64,000 nucleotides of DNA from assembly GCA_964016885.1 (NCBI GenBank), contig OZ024764.1, positions 7,378,001-7,442,000 of the forward strand, given 5' to 3'. Positions 40,297-54,959 of this stretch are shown here, in pieces. The notes below the pieces were generated by a model. The model was given only the letters and a program-made list of their open reading frames with translations. It was not told the DNA's origin and made no database searches. Origin of the DNA: Eledone cirrhosa (Eukaryota). Within the stretch, counting starts at the first letter, position 1. Each line of letters begins with the position of its first letter. Both the position numbers and the translations under genes were made by a program.

Positions 40297-43200
40297 GTGG
40301 ACAATCCTGGACCTACAGGCTCTGGTACAGCTGGGGAAGGTGTGTACCTGGTCAGTTGGTGGTCAATCCTGGAGCTGCAGGCTCTGGTACAGCTGGGGAA
40401 GGTGTGTACCTGGTCAATTGGTGGTCAATCCTGGAGCTGCAGGCTCTGGTACAGCTGGGGAAGGTGTGTATCTGGTCAATTGGTGGTCAATCCTGGAGCT
40501 GCAGGCTCTGGTACAGCTGGGGAAGGTGTGTACCTGGTCAATTGGTGGTCAATCCTGGAGCTGCAGGCTCTGGTACAGCTAGGGAAGGTGTGTACCTGGT
40601 CAATTGGTGGTCAATCCTGGAGCTGCAGGCTCTGGTACAGCTAGGGAAGGTGTGTACCTGGTCAATTGGTGGTCAATCCTGGGCCCACAGGCTCTGGTAC
40701 AGCTGGGGAAGGTGTGTACCTGGTCAGTTGGTGGTCAATCCTGGGCCCACAGGCTCTGGTACAGCTGGGGAAGGTGTGTACCTGGTCAGTTGGTGGTCAA
40801 TCCTGGACCCACAGGCTCTGGTACAGCTGGGGAAGGTGTGTACCTGGTCAGTTGGTGGTCAATCCTGGACCCACAGGCTCTGGTACAGCTGGGGAAGGTG
40901 TGTACCTGGTCAGTTGGTGGTCAATCCTGGGCCCACAGGCTCTGGTACAGCTAGGGAAGGTGTGTACCTGGTCAGTTGGTGGTCAATCCTGGACCCACAG
41001 GCTCTGGTACAGCTGGGGAAGGTGTGTACCTGGTCAGTTGGTGGTCAATCCTGGGCCCACAGGCTCTGGTACAGCTGGGGAAGGTGTGTACCTGGTCAAT
41101 TGGTGGTCAATCCTGGGCCCACAGGCTCTGGTACAGCTGGGGAAGGTGTGTACCTGGTCAGTTGGTGGTCAATCCTGGACCTACAGGCTCTGGTACAGCT
41201 AGGGAAGGTGTGTACCTGGTCAGTTGGTGGTTGAGTGGTGGTCAATCCTGGAGCTGCAGGCTCTGGTACAGCTGGGGAAGGTGTGTACCTGGTCAATTGG
41301 TGGTCAATCCTGGCGCTGCAGGCTCTGGTACAGCTGGGGAAGGTGTGTACCTGGTCAATTGGTGGTCAATCCTGGGCCCACATGCTCTGGTACAGCTAGG
41401 GAAGGTGTGTACCTGGTCAATTGGTGGTCAATCCTGGGCCCACAGGCTCTGGTACAGCTAGGGAAGGTGTGTACCTGGTCAGTTGGTGGTCAATCCTGGA
41501 CCCACAGGCTCTGGTACAGCTGGGGAAGGTGTGTACCTGGTCAGTTGGTGGTCAATCCTGGACCCACAGGCTCTGGTACAGCTGGGGAAGGTGTGTACCT
41601 GGTCAGTTGGTGGTCAATCCTGGTCCCACAGGCTCTGGTACAGCTAGGGAAGGTGTGTACCTGGTCAGTTGGTGGTCAATCCTGGACCCACAGGCTCTGG
41701 TACAGCTGGGGAAGGTGTGTACCTGGTCAGTTGGTGGTCAATCCTGGGCCCACAGGCTCTGGTACAGCTGGGGAAGGTGTGTACCTGGTCAATTGGTGGT
41801 CAATCCTGGGCCCACAGGCTCTGGTACAGCTGGGGAAGGTGTGTACCTGGTCAGTTGGTGGTGAATCCTGGACCTACAGGCTCTGGTACAGCTAGGGAAG
41901 GTGTGTACCTGGTCAGTTGGTGGTTGAGTGGTGGTCAATCCTGGAGCTGCAGGCTCTGGTACAGCTGGGGAAGGTGTGTACCTGGTCAATTGGTGGTCAA
42001 TCCTGGAGCTGCAGGCTCTGGTACAGCTGGGGAAGGTGTGTACCTGGTCAATTGGTGGTCAATCCTGGGCCCACATGCTCTGGTACAGCTAGGGAAGGTG
42101 TGTACCTGGTCAATTGGTGGTCAATCCTGGGCCCACAGGCTCTGGTACAGCTAGGGAAGGTGTGTACCTGGTCAGTTGGTGGTCAATCCTGGACCCTCAG
42201 GCTCTGGTACAGCTGGGGAAGGTGTGTACCTGGTCAGTTGGTGGTCAATCCTGGGCCCACAGGCTCTGGTACAGCTGGGGAAGGTGTGTACCTGGTCAGT
42301 TGGTGGTCAATCCTGGACCCACAGGCTCTGGTACAGCTGGGGAAGGTGTGTACCTGGTCAATCCTGGACCCACAGGCTCTGGTACAGCTAGGGAAGATGT
42401 GTACCTGGTCAGTTGGTGGTCAATCCTGGACCCACAGGCTCTGGTACAGCTGGGGAAGATGTGTACCTGGTCAGTTGGTGGTCAATCCTGGGCCCACAGG
42501 CTCTGGTACAGCTAGGGAAGGTGTGTACCTGGTCAGTTGGTGGTCAATCCTGGGCCCACAGGCTCTGGTACAGCTAGGGAAGGTGTGTACCTGGTCAGTT
42601 GGTGGTCAATCCTGGACCCTCAGGCTCTGGTACAGCTGGGGAAGGTGTGTACCTGGTCAGTTGGTGGTCAATCCTGGGCCCACAGGCTCTGGTACAGCTG
42701 GGGAAGGTGTGTACCTGGTCAGTTGGTGGTCAATCCTGGACCCACAGGCTCTGGTACAGCTGGGGAAGGTGTGTACCTGGTCAATCCTGGACCCACAGGC
42801 TCTGGTACAGCTAGGGAAGATGTGTACCTGGTCAGTTGGTGGTCAATCCTGGACCCACAGGCTCTGGTACAGCTGGGGAAGATGTGTACCTGGTCAGTTG
42901 GTGGTCAATCCTGGGCCCACAGGCTCTGGTACAGCTAGGGAAGGTGTGTACCTGGTCAGTTGGTGGTCAATCCTGGGCCCACAGGCTCTGGTACAGCTAG
43001 GGAAGGTGTGTACCTGGTCAGTTGGTGGTCAATCCTGGACCCTCAGGCTCTGGTACAGCTGGGGAAGGTGTGTACCTGGTCAGTTGGTGGTCAATCCTGG
43101 ACCCTCAGGCTCTGGTACAGCTGGGGAAGGTGTGTACCTGGTCAGTTGGTGGTCAATCCTGGGCCCACAGGCTCTGGTACAGCTGGGGAAGGTGTGTACC

Positions 43201-46200
43201 TGGTCAATCCTGGACCCACAGGCTCTGGTACAGCTAGGGAAGGTGTGTACCTGGTCAGTTGGTGGTTGAGTGGTGGTCAATCCTGGACCCACAGGCTCTG
43301 GTACAGCTGGGGAAGGTGTGTACCTGGTCAGTTGGTGGTCAATCCTGGGCCCACAGGCTCTGGTACAGCTGGGGAAGGTGTGTACCTGGTCAGTTGGTCG
43401 TCAATCCTGGGCCCACAGGCTCTGGTACAGCTAGGGAAGGTGTGTACCTGGTCAATTGGTGGTCAATCCTGGACCTACAGGCTCTGGTACAGCTAGGGAA
43501 GGTGTGTACCTGGTCAGTTGGTGGTCAATCCTGGGCCCACAGGCTCTGGTACAGCTGGGGAAGGTGTGTACCTGGTCAGTTGGTGGTCAATCCTGGACCC
43601 ACAGGCTCTGGTACAGCTGGGGAAGGTGTGTACCTGGTCAGTTGGTGGTCAATCCTGGGCCCACAGGCTCTGGTACAGCTGGGGAAGGTGTGTACCTGGT
43701 CAGTTGGTGGTCAATCCTGGACCCACAGGCTCTGGTACAGCTGGGGAAGGTGTGTACCTGGTCAGTTGGTGGTCAATCCTGGGCCCACAGGCTCTGGTAC
43801 AGCTGGGGAAGGTGTGTACCTGGTCAGTTGGTCAATCCTGGACCCACAGGCTCTGGTACAGCTGGGGAAGGTGTGTACCTGGTCAGTTGGTGGTCAATCC
43901 TGGACCCACAGGCTCTGGTACAGCTGGGGAAGGTGTGTACCTGGTCAGTTGGTGGTCAATCCTGGGCCCACAGGCTCTGGTACAGCTGGGGAAGGTGTGT
44001 ACCTGGTCAGTTGGTGGTCAATCCTGGACCCACAGGCTCTGGTACAGCTGGGGAAGGTGTGTACCTGGTCAGTTGGTGGTCAATCCTGGACCCACAGGCT
44101 CTGGTACAGCTGGGGAAGGTGTGTACCTGGTCAGTTGGTGGTCAATCCTGGGCCCACAGGCTCTGGTACAGCTAGGGAAGGTGTGTACCTGGTCAGTTGG
44201 TGGTCAATCCTGGACCCACAGGCTCTGGTACAGCTGGGGAAGGTGTGTACCTGGTCAGTTGGTGGTCAATCCTGGGCCCACAGGCTCTGGTACAGCTGGG
44301 GAAGGTGTGTACCTGGTCAATTGGTGGTCAATCCTGGGCCCACAGGCTCTGGTACAGCTGGGGAAGGTGTGTACCTGGTCAGTTGGTGGTGAATCCTGGA
44401 CCTACAGGCTCTGGTACAGCTAGGGAAGGTGTGTACCTGGTCAGTTGGTGGTTGAGTGGTGGTCAATCCTGGAGCTGCAGGCTCTGGTACAGCTGGGGAA
44501 GGTGTGTACCTGGTCAATTGGTGGTCAATCCTGGAGCTGCAGGCTCTGGTACAGCTGGGGAAGGTGTGTACCTGGTCAATTGGTGGTCAATCCTGGGCCC
44601 ACATGCTCTGGTACAGCTAGGGAAGGTGTGTACCTGGTCAATTGGTGGTCAATCCTGGGCCCACAGGCTCTGGTACAGCTAGGGAAGGTGTGTACCTGGT
44701 CAGTTGGTGGTCAATCCTGGACCCTCAGGCTCTGGTACAGCTGGGGAAGGTGTGTACCTGGTCAGTTGGTGGTCAATCCTGGGCCCACAGGCTCTGGTAC
44801 AGATGGGGAAGGTGTGTACCTGGTCAGTTGGTGGTCAATCCTGGACCCACAGGCTCTGGTACAGCTGGGGAAGGTGTGTACCTGGTCAGTTGGTGGTCAA
44901 TCCTGGACCCACAGGCTCTGGTACAGCTGGGGAAGGTGTGTACCTGGTCAATCCTGGACCCACAGGCTCTGGTACAGCTAGGGAAGATGTGTACCTGGTC
45001 AGTTGGTGGTCAATCCTGGACCCACAGGCTCTGGTACAGCTGGGGAAGATGTGTACCTGGTCAGTTGGTGGTCAATCCTGGGCCCACAGGCTCTGGTACA
45101 GCTAGGGAAGGTGTGTACCTGGTCAGTTGGTGGTCAATCCTGGGCCCACAGGCTCTGGTACAGCTAGGGAAGGTGTGTACCTGGTCAGTTGGTGGTCAAT
45201 CCTGGACCCTCAGGCTCTGGTACAGCTGGGGAAGGTGTGTACCTGGTCAGTTGGTGGTCAATCCTGGACCCTCAGGCTCTGGTACAGCTGGGGAAGGTGT
45301 GTACCTGGTCAGTTGGTGGTCAATCCTGGGCCCACAGGCTCTGGTACAGCTGGGGAAGGTGTGTACCTGGTCAATCCTGGACCCACAGGCTCTGGTACAG
45401 CTAGGGAAGGTGTGTACCTGGTCAGTTGGTGGTTGAGTGGTGGTCAATCCTGGACCCACAGGCTCTGGTACAGCTGGGGAAGGTGTGTACCTGGTCAGTT
45501 GGTGGTCAATCCTGGGCCCACAGGCTCTGGTACAGCTAGGGAAGGTGTGTACCTGGTCAGTTGGTGGTCAATCCTGGACCCACAGGCTCTGGTACAGCTG
45601 GGGAAGGTGTGTACCTGGTCAGTTGGTGGTCAATCCTGGGCCCACAGGCTCTGGTACAGCTAGGGAAGGTGTGTACCTGGTCAGTTGGTGGTCAATCCTG
45701 GACCCACAGGCTCTGGTACAGCTGGGGAAGGTGTGTACCTGGTCAGTTGGTGGTCAATCCTGGACCCACAGGCTCTGGTACAGCTAGGGAAGGTGTGTAC
45801 CTGGTCAGTTGCTGGTCAATCCTGGACCCACAGGCTCTGGTACAGCTAGGGAAGATGTGTACCTGGTCAGTTGGTGGTCAATCCTGGGCCCACAGGCTCT
45901 GGTACAGCTGGGGAAGGTGTGTACCTGGTCAGTTGGTGGTCAATCCTGGACCCACAGGCTCTGGTACAGCTGGGGAAGGTGTGTACCTGGTCAATTGGTG
46001 GTCAATCCTGGGCCCACAGGCTCTGGTACAGCTGGGGAAGGTGTGTACCTGGTCAATTGGTGGTCAATCCTGGGCCCACAGGCTCTGGTACAGCTGGGGA
46101 AGGTGTGTACCTGGTCAGTTGGTGGTCAATCCTGGGCCCACAGGCTCTGGTACAGCTGGGGAAGGTGTGTACCTGGTCAATTGGTGGTCAATCCTGGAGC

Positions 46201-47430
46201 TGCAGGCTCTGGTACAGCTGGGGAAGGTGTGTACCTGGTCAATTGGTGGTCAATCCTGGGCCCACAGGCTCTGGTACAGCTGGGGAAGGTGTGTACCTGG
46301 TCAGTTGGTGGTCAATCCTGGGCCCACAGGCTCTGGTACAGCTAGGGAAGGTGTGTACCTGGTCAGTTGGTGGTCAATCCTGGACCCACAGGCTCTGGTA
46401 CAGCTGGGGAAGGTGTGTACCTGGTCAGTTGGTGGTCAATCCTGGGCCCACAGGCTCTGGTACAGCTGGGGAAGGTGTGTACCTGGTCAGTTGGTCGTCA
46501 ATCCTGGGCCCACAGGCTCTGGTACAGCTAGGGAAGGTGTGTACCTGGTCAATTGGTGGTCAATCCTGGACCTACAGGCTCTGGTACAGCTAGGGAAGGT
46601 GTGTACCTGGTCAGTTGGTGGTCAATCCTGGGCCCACAGGCTCTGGTACAGCTGGGGAAGGTGTGTACCTGGTCAGTTGGTGGTCAATCCTGGACCCACA
46701 GGCTCTGGTACAGCTGGGGAAGGTGTGTACCTGGTCAGTTGGTGGTCAATCCTGGGCCCACAGGCTCTGGTACAGCTGGGGAAGGTGTGTACCTGGTCAG
46801 TTGGTGGTCAATCCTGGACCCACAGGCTCTGGTACAGCTGGGGAAGGTGTGTACCTGGTCAGTTGGTGGTCAATCCTGGGCCCACAGGCTCTGGTACAGC
46901 TGGGGAAGGTGTGTACCTGGTCAGTTGGTGGTCAATCCTGGACCCACAGGCTCTGGTACAGCTGGGGAAGGTGTGTACCTGGTCAGTTGGTGGTCAATCC
47001 TGGACCCACAGGCTCTGGTACAGCTGGGGAAGGTGTGTACCTGGTCAGTTGGTGGTCAATCCTGGGCCCACAGGCTCTGGTACAGCTGGGGAAGGTGTGT
47101 ACCTGGTCAGTTGGTGGTCAATCCTGGACCCACAGGCTCTGGTACAGCTGGGGAAGGTGTGTACCTGGTCAGTTGGTGGTCAATCCTGGGCCCACAGGCT
47201 CTGGTACAGCTGGGGAAGGTGTGTACCTGGTCAGTTGGTGGTCAATCCTGGACCCACAGGCTCTGGTACAGCTGGGGAAGGTGTGTACCTGGTCAGTTGG
47301 TGGTCAATCCTGGGCCCACAGGCTCTGGTACAGCTGGGGAAGGTGTGTACCTGGTCAGTTGGTGGTTGAGTGGTGGTCAATCCTGGAGCTGCAGGCTCTG
47401 GTCAGTTGAGGAAGGTGTGTACCTGGTTGA
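40297..47430. repeat. 62-bp satellite, ~115 copies, derived from an RTE (BovB-like) C-terminal Cys/His motif
   Basis: Unit CAATCCTGGACCCACAGGCTCTGGTACAGCTGGGGAAGGTGTGTACCTGGTCAGTTGGTGGT. The minus strand reads HTFPSCTRACGSRIDH; the flank reads IKTTAATFEEGRKAAAEDKHQRRK. Confidence 0.93.
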
Positions 47431-47557
47431 GTGGCAGACAGCTTTCTTCTTTGATGCTTGTCTTCAGCTGCCGCCTTCCTGCCCTCCTCAAAGGTGGCTG
47501 CAGTTGTTTTGATGGTCACTCCATTTCTCAGTGTCTTCTGCCAGGTGTTCCCATTCC

Positions 47558-47808
47558 TCGGACCTGCTGGAGTTTCTGCCTCGGACCTGCTGGAGTTTCT
47601 GACTCGGACCTGCTGGAGTTTCTGCCTCGGACCTGCTGGAGTTTCTCCCTCGGACCTGCTGGAGTTCCTGCCTTGGATCTGCTGGAGTTTCTCCCTCGGA
47701 CCTGCTGGAGTTCCTGCCTTGGACCTGCTGGAGTTTCTGCTGGAGTTTCTGCCTTGGACCTGCTGGAGTTCCTGCTGGAGTTTCTGCCTTGGACCTGCTG
47801 GAGTTTCC
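47558..47808. repeat. 23-bp tandem repeat (GGACCTGCTGGAGTTTCTGCCTC)
   Basis: About 10 units, seen directly. Confidence 0.9.
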
Positions 47809-48489
47809 ACACCAAAACTCAGACCGTAAAGGGACGTAACTATGCTAGAAAGCATGGCGTCCGACCCTTTACAGATACGGCCAATCCACCGCCCTTTTTG
47901 AAACATAATGAAACACTCATACATACATATATATATAAACAAGAAGTGTAAGTCAACAGGTTAAAATTAAGTTTGTTTACTCATATTCACTGTTATATAT
48001 ATTCCGTGATAACCATCAGTCAACAGACACACTCATGAAATACACTTCATCAACACACATATAACAGTCCCAGTGACAGACCTTCCACCTTGACATCCTC
48101 CCCCTCCAAGTCCGGTATCAGAATCCATAAATATAAATAATTGAGGAAAAAAAAAAAAAAAATTTAATTAATTTACAAAATTAACAAAGCCAACGAAGTA
48201 GTAGTAGCAGTTGTACCAGCAGCAACAATAGTAATATTAGTAGTAGTAGTAGTAGTAATAGTTCATCTGTTGCTGTATGTAGATTATCGGAATGCCGTAA
48301 CGTCTATAGAGAGCAGATGATATAAAGCTAAACATTTGGCCAAATTCCAATGAAACGCCAAGTAGTCTGTGTTCTTACTTATATTTACATATTTTATATA
48401 AAGACAAGATGGACATATAACAGTCCCAGTGACAGACCTTCCACCTTGACATCCTCTCCCTCACGTTAGACTAAATGCCTGCCCTCCTC

Positions 48490-51400
48490 AATCATCATCA
48501 TTTTACATCCACTTTTCCATGCTTGGAAGGGTGGAATGGATCCTATTCAGCACAGATTCTCTCCACTTGTCCACGGTCCTTTGTCATCTTCTTCGTGAGC
48601 TTCAGCGATTTAAGGTCAGCTCTCACCACCTCCGCCCATGATTTTCGTGGTCTTCCTCTACTGTGTCTTGCTTCTACTGGGATTTCTTGGCACTCCTTTA
48701 CCCAGTGGTCATCCTCCATGCGCATCACATGTCCATACCATCTCAGTCTTCTCTCCCACACACCACAACGTATCCCTCTTATACCCAGTTTCTCTCAACA
48801 CATCACATGTCCATACCTTCTCAGTCTTCTCTCCCACACACTACAACTTATCCCTCTTATACCCAGTTTCTCTCTCAACACATCACATGTCCATACCATC
48901 TCAGTCTTCTCTCCCACACACCACAACTTATCCCTCTTATACAGTTTCTCACTCAACACATCACATGTCCATACCATCAGTCTTCTCTCCCACACACTAC
49001 AACTTATCCCTCTTATACAGTTTCTCTCTCAACACATCACATGTCCATACCATCTCAGTCTTCTCTCCCACACACTACAACTTATCCCTCTTATACCCAG
49101 TTTCTCTCTCAACACATCACATGTCCATACCATCTCAGTCTTCTCTCCCACACACCACAACTTATCCCTCTTATACAGTTTCTCACTCAACACATCACAT
49201 GTCCATACCATCAGTCTTCTCTCCCACACACCACAACTTATCCCTCTTATACAGTTTCTCTCTCAACACATCACATGTCCATACCATCAGTCTTCTCTCC
49301 CACACACTACAACTTATCCCTCTTATACAGTTTCTCACTCAACACATCACATGTCCATACCATCAGTCTTCTCTCCCACACACTACAACTTATCCCTCTT
49401 ATACCCAGTTTCTCTCTCAACACATCACATGTCCATACCATCTCAGTCTTCTCTCCCACACACTACAACTTATCCCTCTTATACCCAGTTTGTCTCTCAA
49501 CACATCACATGTCCATACCATCTCAGTCTTCTCTCCCACACACTACAACTTATCCCTCTGATACAGTTTCTCTCTCAACACATCACATGTCCATACCATC
49601 TCAGTCTTCTCTCCCACACACCACAACTTATCCCTCTTATACACAGTTTCTCTCTCAACACATCACATGTCCATACCATCTCAGTCTTCTCTCCCACACA
49701 CCACAACTTATCCCTCGTATACACAGTTTCTCTCTCAACACATCACATGTCCATACCATCTCAGTCTTCTCTCCCGCACACCACAACTTATCCCTCGTAT
49801 ACACAGTTTCTCTCTCAACACATCACATGTCCATACCATCTCAGTCTTCTCTCCCACACACCACAACTTATCCCTCTTATACGCAGTTTCTCTCTCAACA
49901 CATCACATGTCCATACCATCTCAGTCTTCTCTCCCGCACACCATAACTTATTCCTCTTATACACAGTTTCTCTCTCAACACATCACATGTCCATACCATC
50001 TCAGTCTTCTCTCCCGCACACCATAACTTATTCCTCTTATACACAGTTTCTCTCTCAACACATCACATGTCCATACCATCTGTCTTCTCTCCCACACACC
50101 ACAACTTATCCCTCTTATACAGTTTCTCTCTCAACACATCACATGTCCATACCATCTCAGTCTTCTCTCCCACACACCACAACTTATCCCTCTTATACAG
50201 TTTCTTTCTCAACACATCACATGTCCATACCATCTCAGTCTTCTCTCCCACACACCGCAACCTATCCCTCTTATACCCAGTTTCTCTCTCAACACATCAC
50301 ATGTCCATACCATCTCAGTGTTCTCTCCCACACACCACAACTTATTCTTCTTATACACAGTTTCTCTCTCAACATATCAAATGTCCATACCATCTCAGTC
50401 TTCTCTCCCATACACCACAACTTATCCCTCTTATACACAGTTTCTCTCTCAACACATCACATGTCCATACCATCTCAGTCTTCTCTCCCACACACCACAA
50501 CTTGTCTCTCTTATACACAGTTTCTCTCTCAACACATCACATGTCCATACCATCTCAGTCTTCTCTCCCACACACCACAACTTATCCCTCTTATACACAG
50601 TTTCTCTCTCAACACATCACATGTCCATACCATCTCAGTCTTCTCTCCCACACACTACAACTTATTCCTCTTATACACAGCTTCTCTCTCAACACATCAC
50701 ATGTCCATACCATCTCAGTCTTCTCTCACACACACCACAACTTATCGCTCTTTTACACAGTTTCTCTCTCAACACATCATATGTCCATACCATCTCAGTC
50801 TTCTCTCCTGCACACAACTTATCTCTCTTATACACAGTTTCTCTCTCAACACATCACATGTCCATACCATCTCAGTCTTCTCTCCCACACACCAAAGCTT
50901 ATCCCTCTTATACACAGTTTCTCTCTCAACACATCATATATCCATACCATCTCAGTCTTCTCTCCTACACACAACTTATCCCTCTTATACACAGTTTCTC
51001 TCTCAACACATCACATGTCCATACCATCTCAGTCTTCTGTCCCACACACCACAACTTATCCCTCTTATACACAGTTTCTCTCTCAACACATCACATGTCC
51101 ATACCATCTCAGTCTTCTCTCCCACACACTACAACTTATTCCTCTTATACACAGTTTCTCTCTCAACACATCATATGTCCATACCATCTGTCTTCTCTCC
51201 CACACACCACAACTTATCCCTCTTATACAGTTTCTCTCTCAAAACATCACATGTCCATACCATCTCAGCCTTCTCTCCCACACACCACAACTTATCCCTC
51301 TTATACGCAGTTTCTCTCTCAACACATCACATGTCCATACCATCTCAGTCTTCTCTCCCGCACACCATAACTTATTCCTCTTATACACAGTTTCTCTCTC

Positions 51401-54020
51401 AACACATCACATGTCCATACCATCTCAGTCTTCTCTCCCACACACCACAACTTATCCCTCTTATACAGTTTCTCTCTCAACACATCACATGTCCATACCA
51501 TCTCAGTCTTCTCTCCCACACACCACAGCTTATCCCTCTTATACACAGTTTCTCTCTCAACACATCACATGTCCATACCATCTCAGTCTTCTGTCCCACA
51601 CACCACAACTTATCCCTCTTATACACAGTTTCTCTCTCAACACATCACATGTCCATACCATCTCAGTCTTCTCTCCCACACACTACAACTTATTCCTCTT
51701 ATACACAGTTTCTCTCTCAACACATCATATGTCCATACCATCTGTCTTCTCTCCCACACACCACAACTTATCCCTCTTATACAGTTTCTCTCTCAAAACA
51801 TCACATGTCCATACCATCTCAGCCTTCTCTCCCACACACCACAACTTATCCCTCTTATACGCAGTTTCTCTCTCAACACATCACATGTCCATACCATCTC
51901 AGTCTTCTCTCCCGCACACCATAACTTATTCCTCTTATACACAGTTTCTCTCTCAACACATCACATGTCCATACCATCTCAGTCTTCTCTCCCACACACC
52001 ACAACTTATCCCTCTTATACAGTTTCTCTCTCAACACATCACATGTCCATACCATCTCAGTCTTCTCTCCCACACTACAACTTCTTCCTCTTATACACAG
52101 CTTCTCTCTCAACACATCACATGTCCATACCATCTCAGTCTCTCGCACACACCACAACTTATCCCTCTTATACAGTTTCTCTCTCAACACATCACATGTC
52201 CATACCATCTCAGCCTTCTCTCCCACACACTACAACTTATCCCTCTTATACACAGTTTCTCTCTCAACACATCACATGTCCATACCATCTCAGTCTTCTC
52301 TCTCACACACTACAACTTATTCCTCTTATACACAGTTTCTCTCTCAACACATCACATGTCCATACCATCTCAGTCTTCTCTCCCGCACACCACAACTTAT
52401 CTCTCTTATACACAGTTTCTCTCTCAACACATCACATGTCCATACAATCTCAGTCTTCTCTCCCGCACACCACAACTTGTCTCTCTTATACACAGTTTCT
52501 CTCTCAACACATCACATGTCCATACCATCTCAGTCTTCTCTCCCACACACCACAACTTATCCCTCTTATACAGTTTCTCTCTCAACACATCACATGTCCA
52601 TACCATCTCAGTCTTCTCTCCCACACACTACAACTTATTCCTCTTATACACAGCTTCTCTCTCAACACATCACATGTCCATACCATCTCAGTCTTCTCCC
52701 CCACACACTACAACTTATCCCTCTTATACACAGTTTCTCTCTCAACACATCACATGTCCATACCATCTCAGTCTTCTCTCCTGCACACCACAACCTATCT
52801 CCCTTATACACAGTTTCTCTCTCAACACATCACATGTCCATACCATCTCAGTCTTCTCTCCCACACACCACAGCTTATCCCTCTTATACCCAGTTTCTCT
52901 CTCAACACATCATATATCCATACCATCTCAGTCTTCTCTCCTACACACAACTTATCCCTCTTATACACAGTTTCTCTCTCAACACATCACATGTCCATAC
53001 CATCTCAGTCTTCTGTCCCACACACCACAACTTATCCCTCTTATACACAGTTTCTCTCTCAACACATCACATGTCCATACCATCTCAGTCTTCTCTCCCA
53101 CACACCACAACTTATCCCTCTTATACTCAGTTTCTCTCTCAACACATCACATGTCCATACCATCTCAGTCTTCTCTCCCACACACTACAACTTATTCCTC
53201 TTATACACAGTTTCTCTCTCAACACATCATATGTCCATACCATCTCAGTCTTCTCTCCCACACACCACAACTTATCCCTCTTATACAGTTTCTCTCTCAA
53301 CACATCACATGTCCATACCATCTCAGTCTTCTCTCCCACACACCACAACTTATCCCTCTTATACAGTTTCTTTCTCAACACATCACATGTCCATACCATC
53401 TCAGTCTTCTCTCCCACACACCGCAACCTATCCCTCTTATACCCAGTTTCTCTCTCAACACATCACATGTCCATACCATCTCAGTGTTCTCTCCCACACA
53501 CCACAACTTATTCTTCTTATACACAGTTTCTCTCTCAACACATCAAATGTCCATACCATCTCAGTCTTCTCTCCCATACACCACAACTTATCCCTCTTAT
53601 ACACAGTTTCTCTCTCAACACATCACATGTCCATACCATCTCAGTCTTCTCTCCCACACACCACAACTTATCCCTCTTATACACAGTTTCTCTCAACACA
53701 TCACATGTCCATACCATCGCAGTCTTCTCTCCCACACACCACAACCTATCTCTCTTATACACAGTTTCTCTCTCAACACATCACATGTCCATACCATCGC
53801 AGTCTTCTCTCCCACACACCACAACTTATCCCTCTTATACAGTTTCTCTCTCAACACATCACATGTCCATACCATCTCAGTCTTCTCTCCCACACACCAC
53901 AACTTATCCCTCTTATACACAGTTTCTCTCTCAACTCATCCATGCTTAGTTGTTCACGCACATCCAACGAAATATGCTTGCTTCATTTCTCTCCAGCCGT
54001 TGCATATCCTCCGCAGTTGC
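48490..54020 (-). mobile_element. RTE LINE 3' fragment hosting the 80-bp array
   Basis: Downstream flank LRWYGHVMRMEDDHWVKEC...RGRPRKSWAEVVRADL and (GAT)n tail; upstream flank EDMQRLERNEASIFRWMC. Confidence 0.9.
48722..53940. repeat. 80-bp satellite (76-80 bp variants), ~66 copies
   Basis: Period 80 (49621 to 49701); the minus strand encodes LREKLCIRGISCGV.ERRLRWYGHVM. Confidence 0.97.
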
Positions 54021-54721
54021 AGAAAAGTAATGTCGGAATATGTAAATGTCTCTAATTAGAGTTAAGTTTGACTTTTTTCTGTCATTTAATGACAGAAATA
54101 TGACAATAATTAAATATAAATTAACAACATGTTGCCAATGGAATCTCTACATTTTATTTTGTCTCACTTGGAAAACTATTTCGATGTGAAGGGAAAGGTT
54201 TAATTTGTCGTCTGTTTGACAGGGTCTTTATTGAGGGGGGTGCAAGAGAGAGATATAAAAACAGCAAGAGAAAGAGGGAACGAGAGACAGAAAGAGACAG
54301 GGAGAGAGAGAAAGGGAAAGATCAAGAGACAGAAAAAGAGAGAGAGAGATATCAAGAGAACGATAGGAGAGAAGGTTCAAGAAAGAACGATAAAGAGACA
54401 GGAAAAGAATGAGAGAGAGAGAGGGAGGGAACAAGAGAGAGGAAGACAGTAAGAGAGTGAGAGTGTAAAAGAGGGCAAGTGAGAGAGGAAGAAAGAGTGA
54501 AAGAGAGTGGGAGAGTTTGAGAAATTCGTATCTGTTACCCCTCTTAGATTCTTGTATTAAATGAATACAGATTGTTAATTCACACACACACATATATATA
54601 GACAGATACACATACATACATACATACATAAAGCCGATGTAGCAGTAAGGGTAGAGACTTGACCTTAGGGGAGTTTGAGACATAATTGTTTTTACCTTTG
54701 GCACAAGGCCAGCAATGACAC

Positions 54722-54950
54722 AGGTGCGACCTCGGCTACGTTTAACGAGCGCTGGTATAACCACAAAAGCTCCTTTAAACACAGGCCCAAACGATCCCAA
54801 ACCAGACTGGCGGACTTGATCTGGGACCTCAAAGACAAGAACATGGAATACCAGATCAAATGGTCAGTTAAAAGACGCGTGGCCCAACTCCCCAATGACA
54901 GAAACCACTGCAGGTTGTGCCTGGCTGAGGCGGCTGAGATCATTAAATTG
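54722..54950 (+). mobile_element. Penelope-like GIY-YIG endonuclease fragment
   Basis: GATSATFNERWYNHKSSF...LADLIWDLKDK...IKWS...CRLCLAE. Confidence 0.8.
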
Positions 54951-54959
54951 AAATCAGCC

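Noticed and set aside
40238-47512. Many overlapping W/G/V-rich ORFs
   Set aside because: Translation of the 62-bp satellite in rotating frames; not genes.
48475-54059. Very long ORFs (1149, 1330, 828 aa)
   Set aside because: All three frames are open because the 80-bp monomer lacks stops on this strand, which is antisense to the RTE source.
54240-54520. Arg/Glu-rich ORF
   Set aside because: Low-complexity GA-rich tract.
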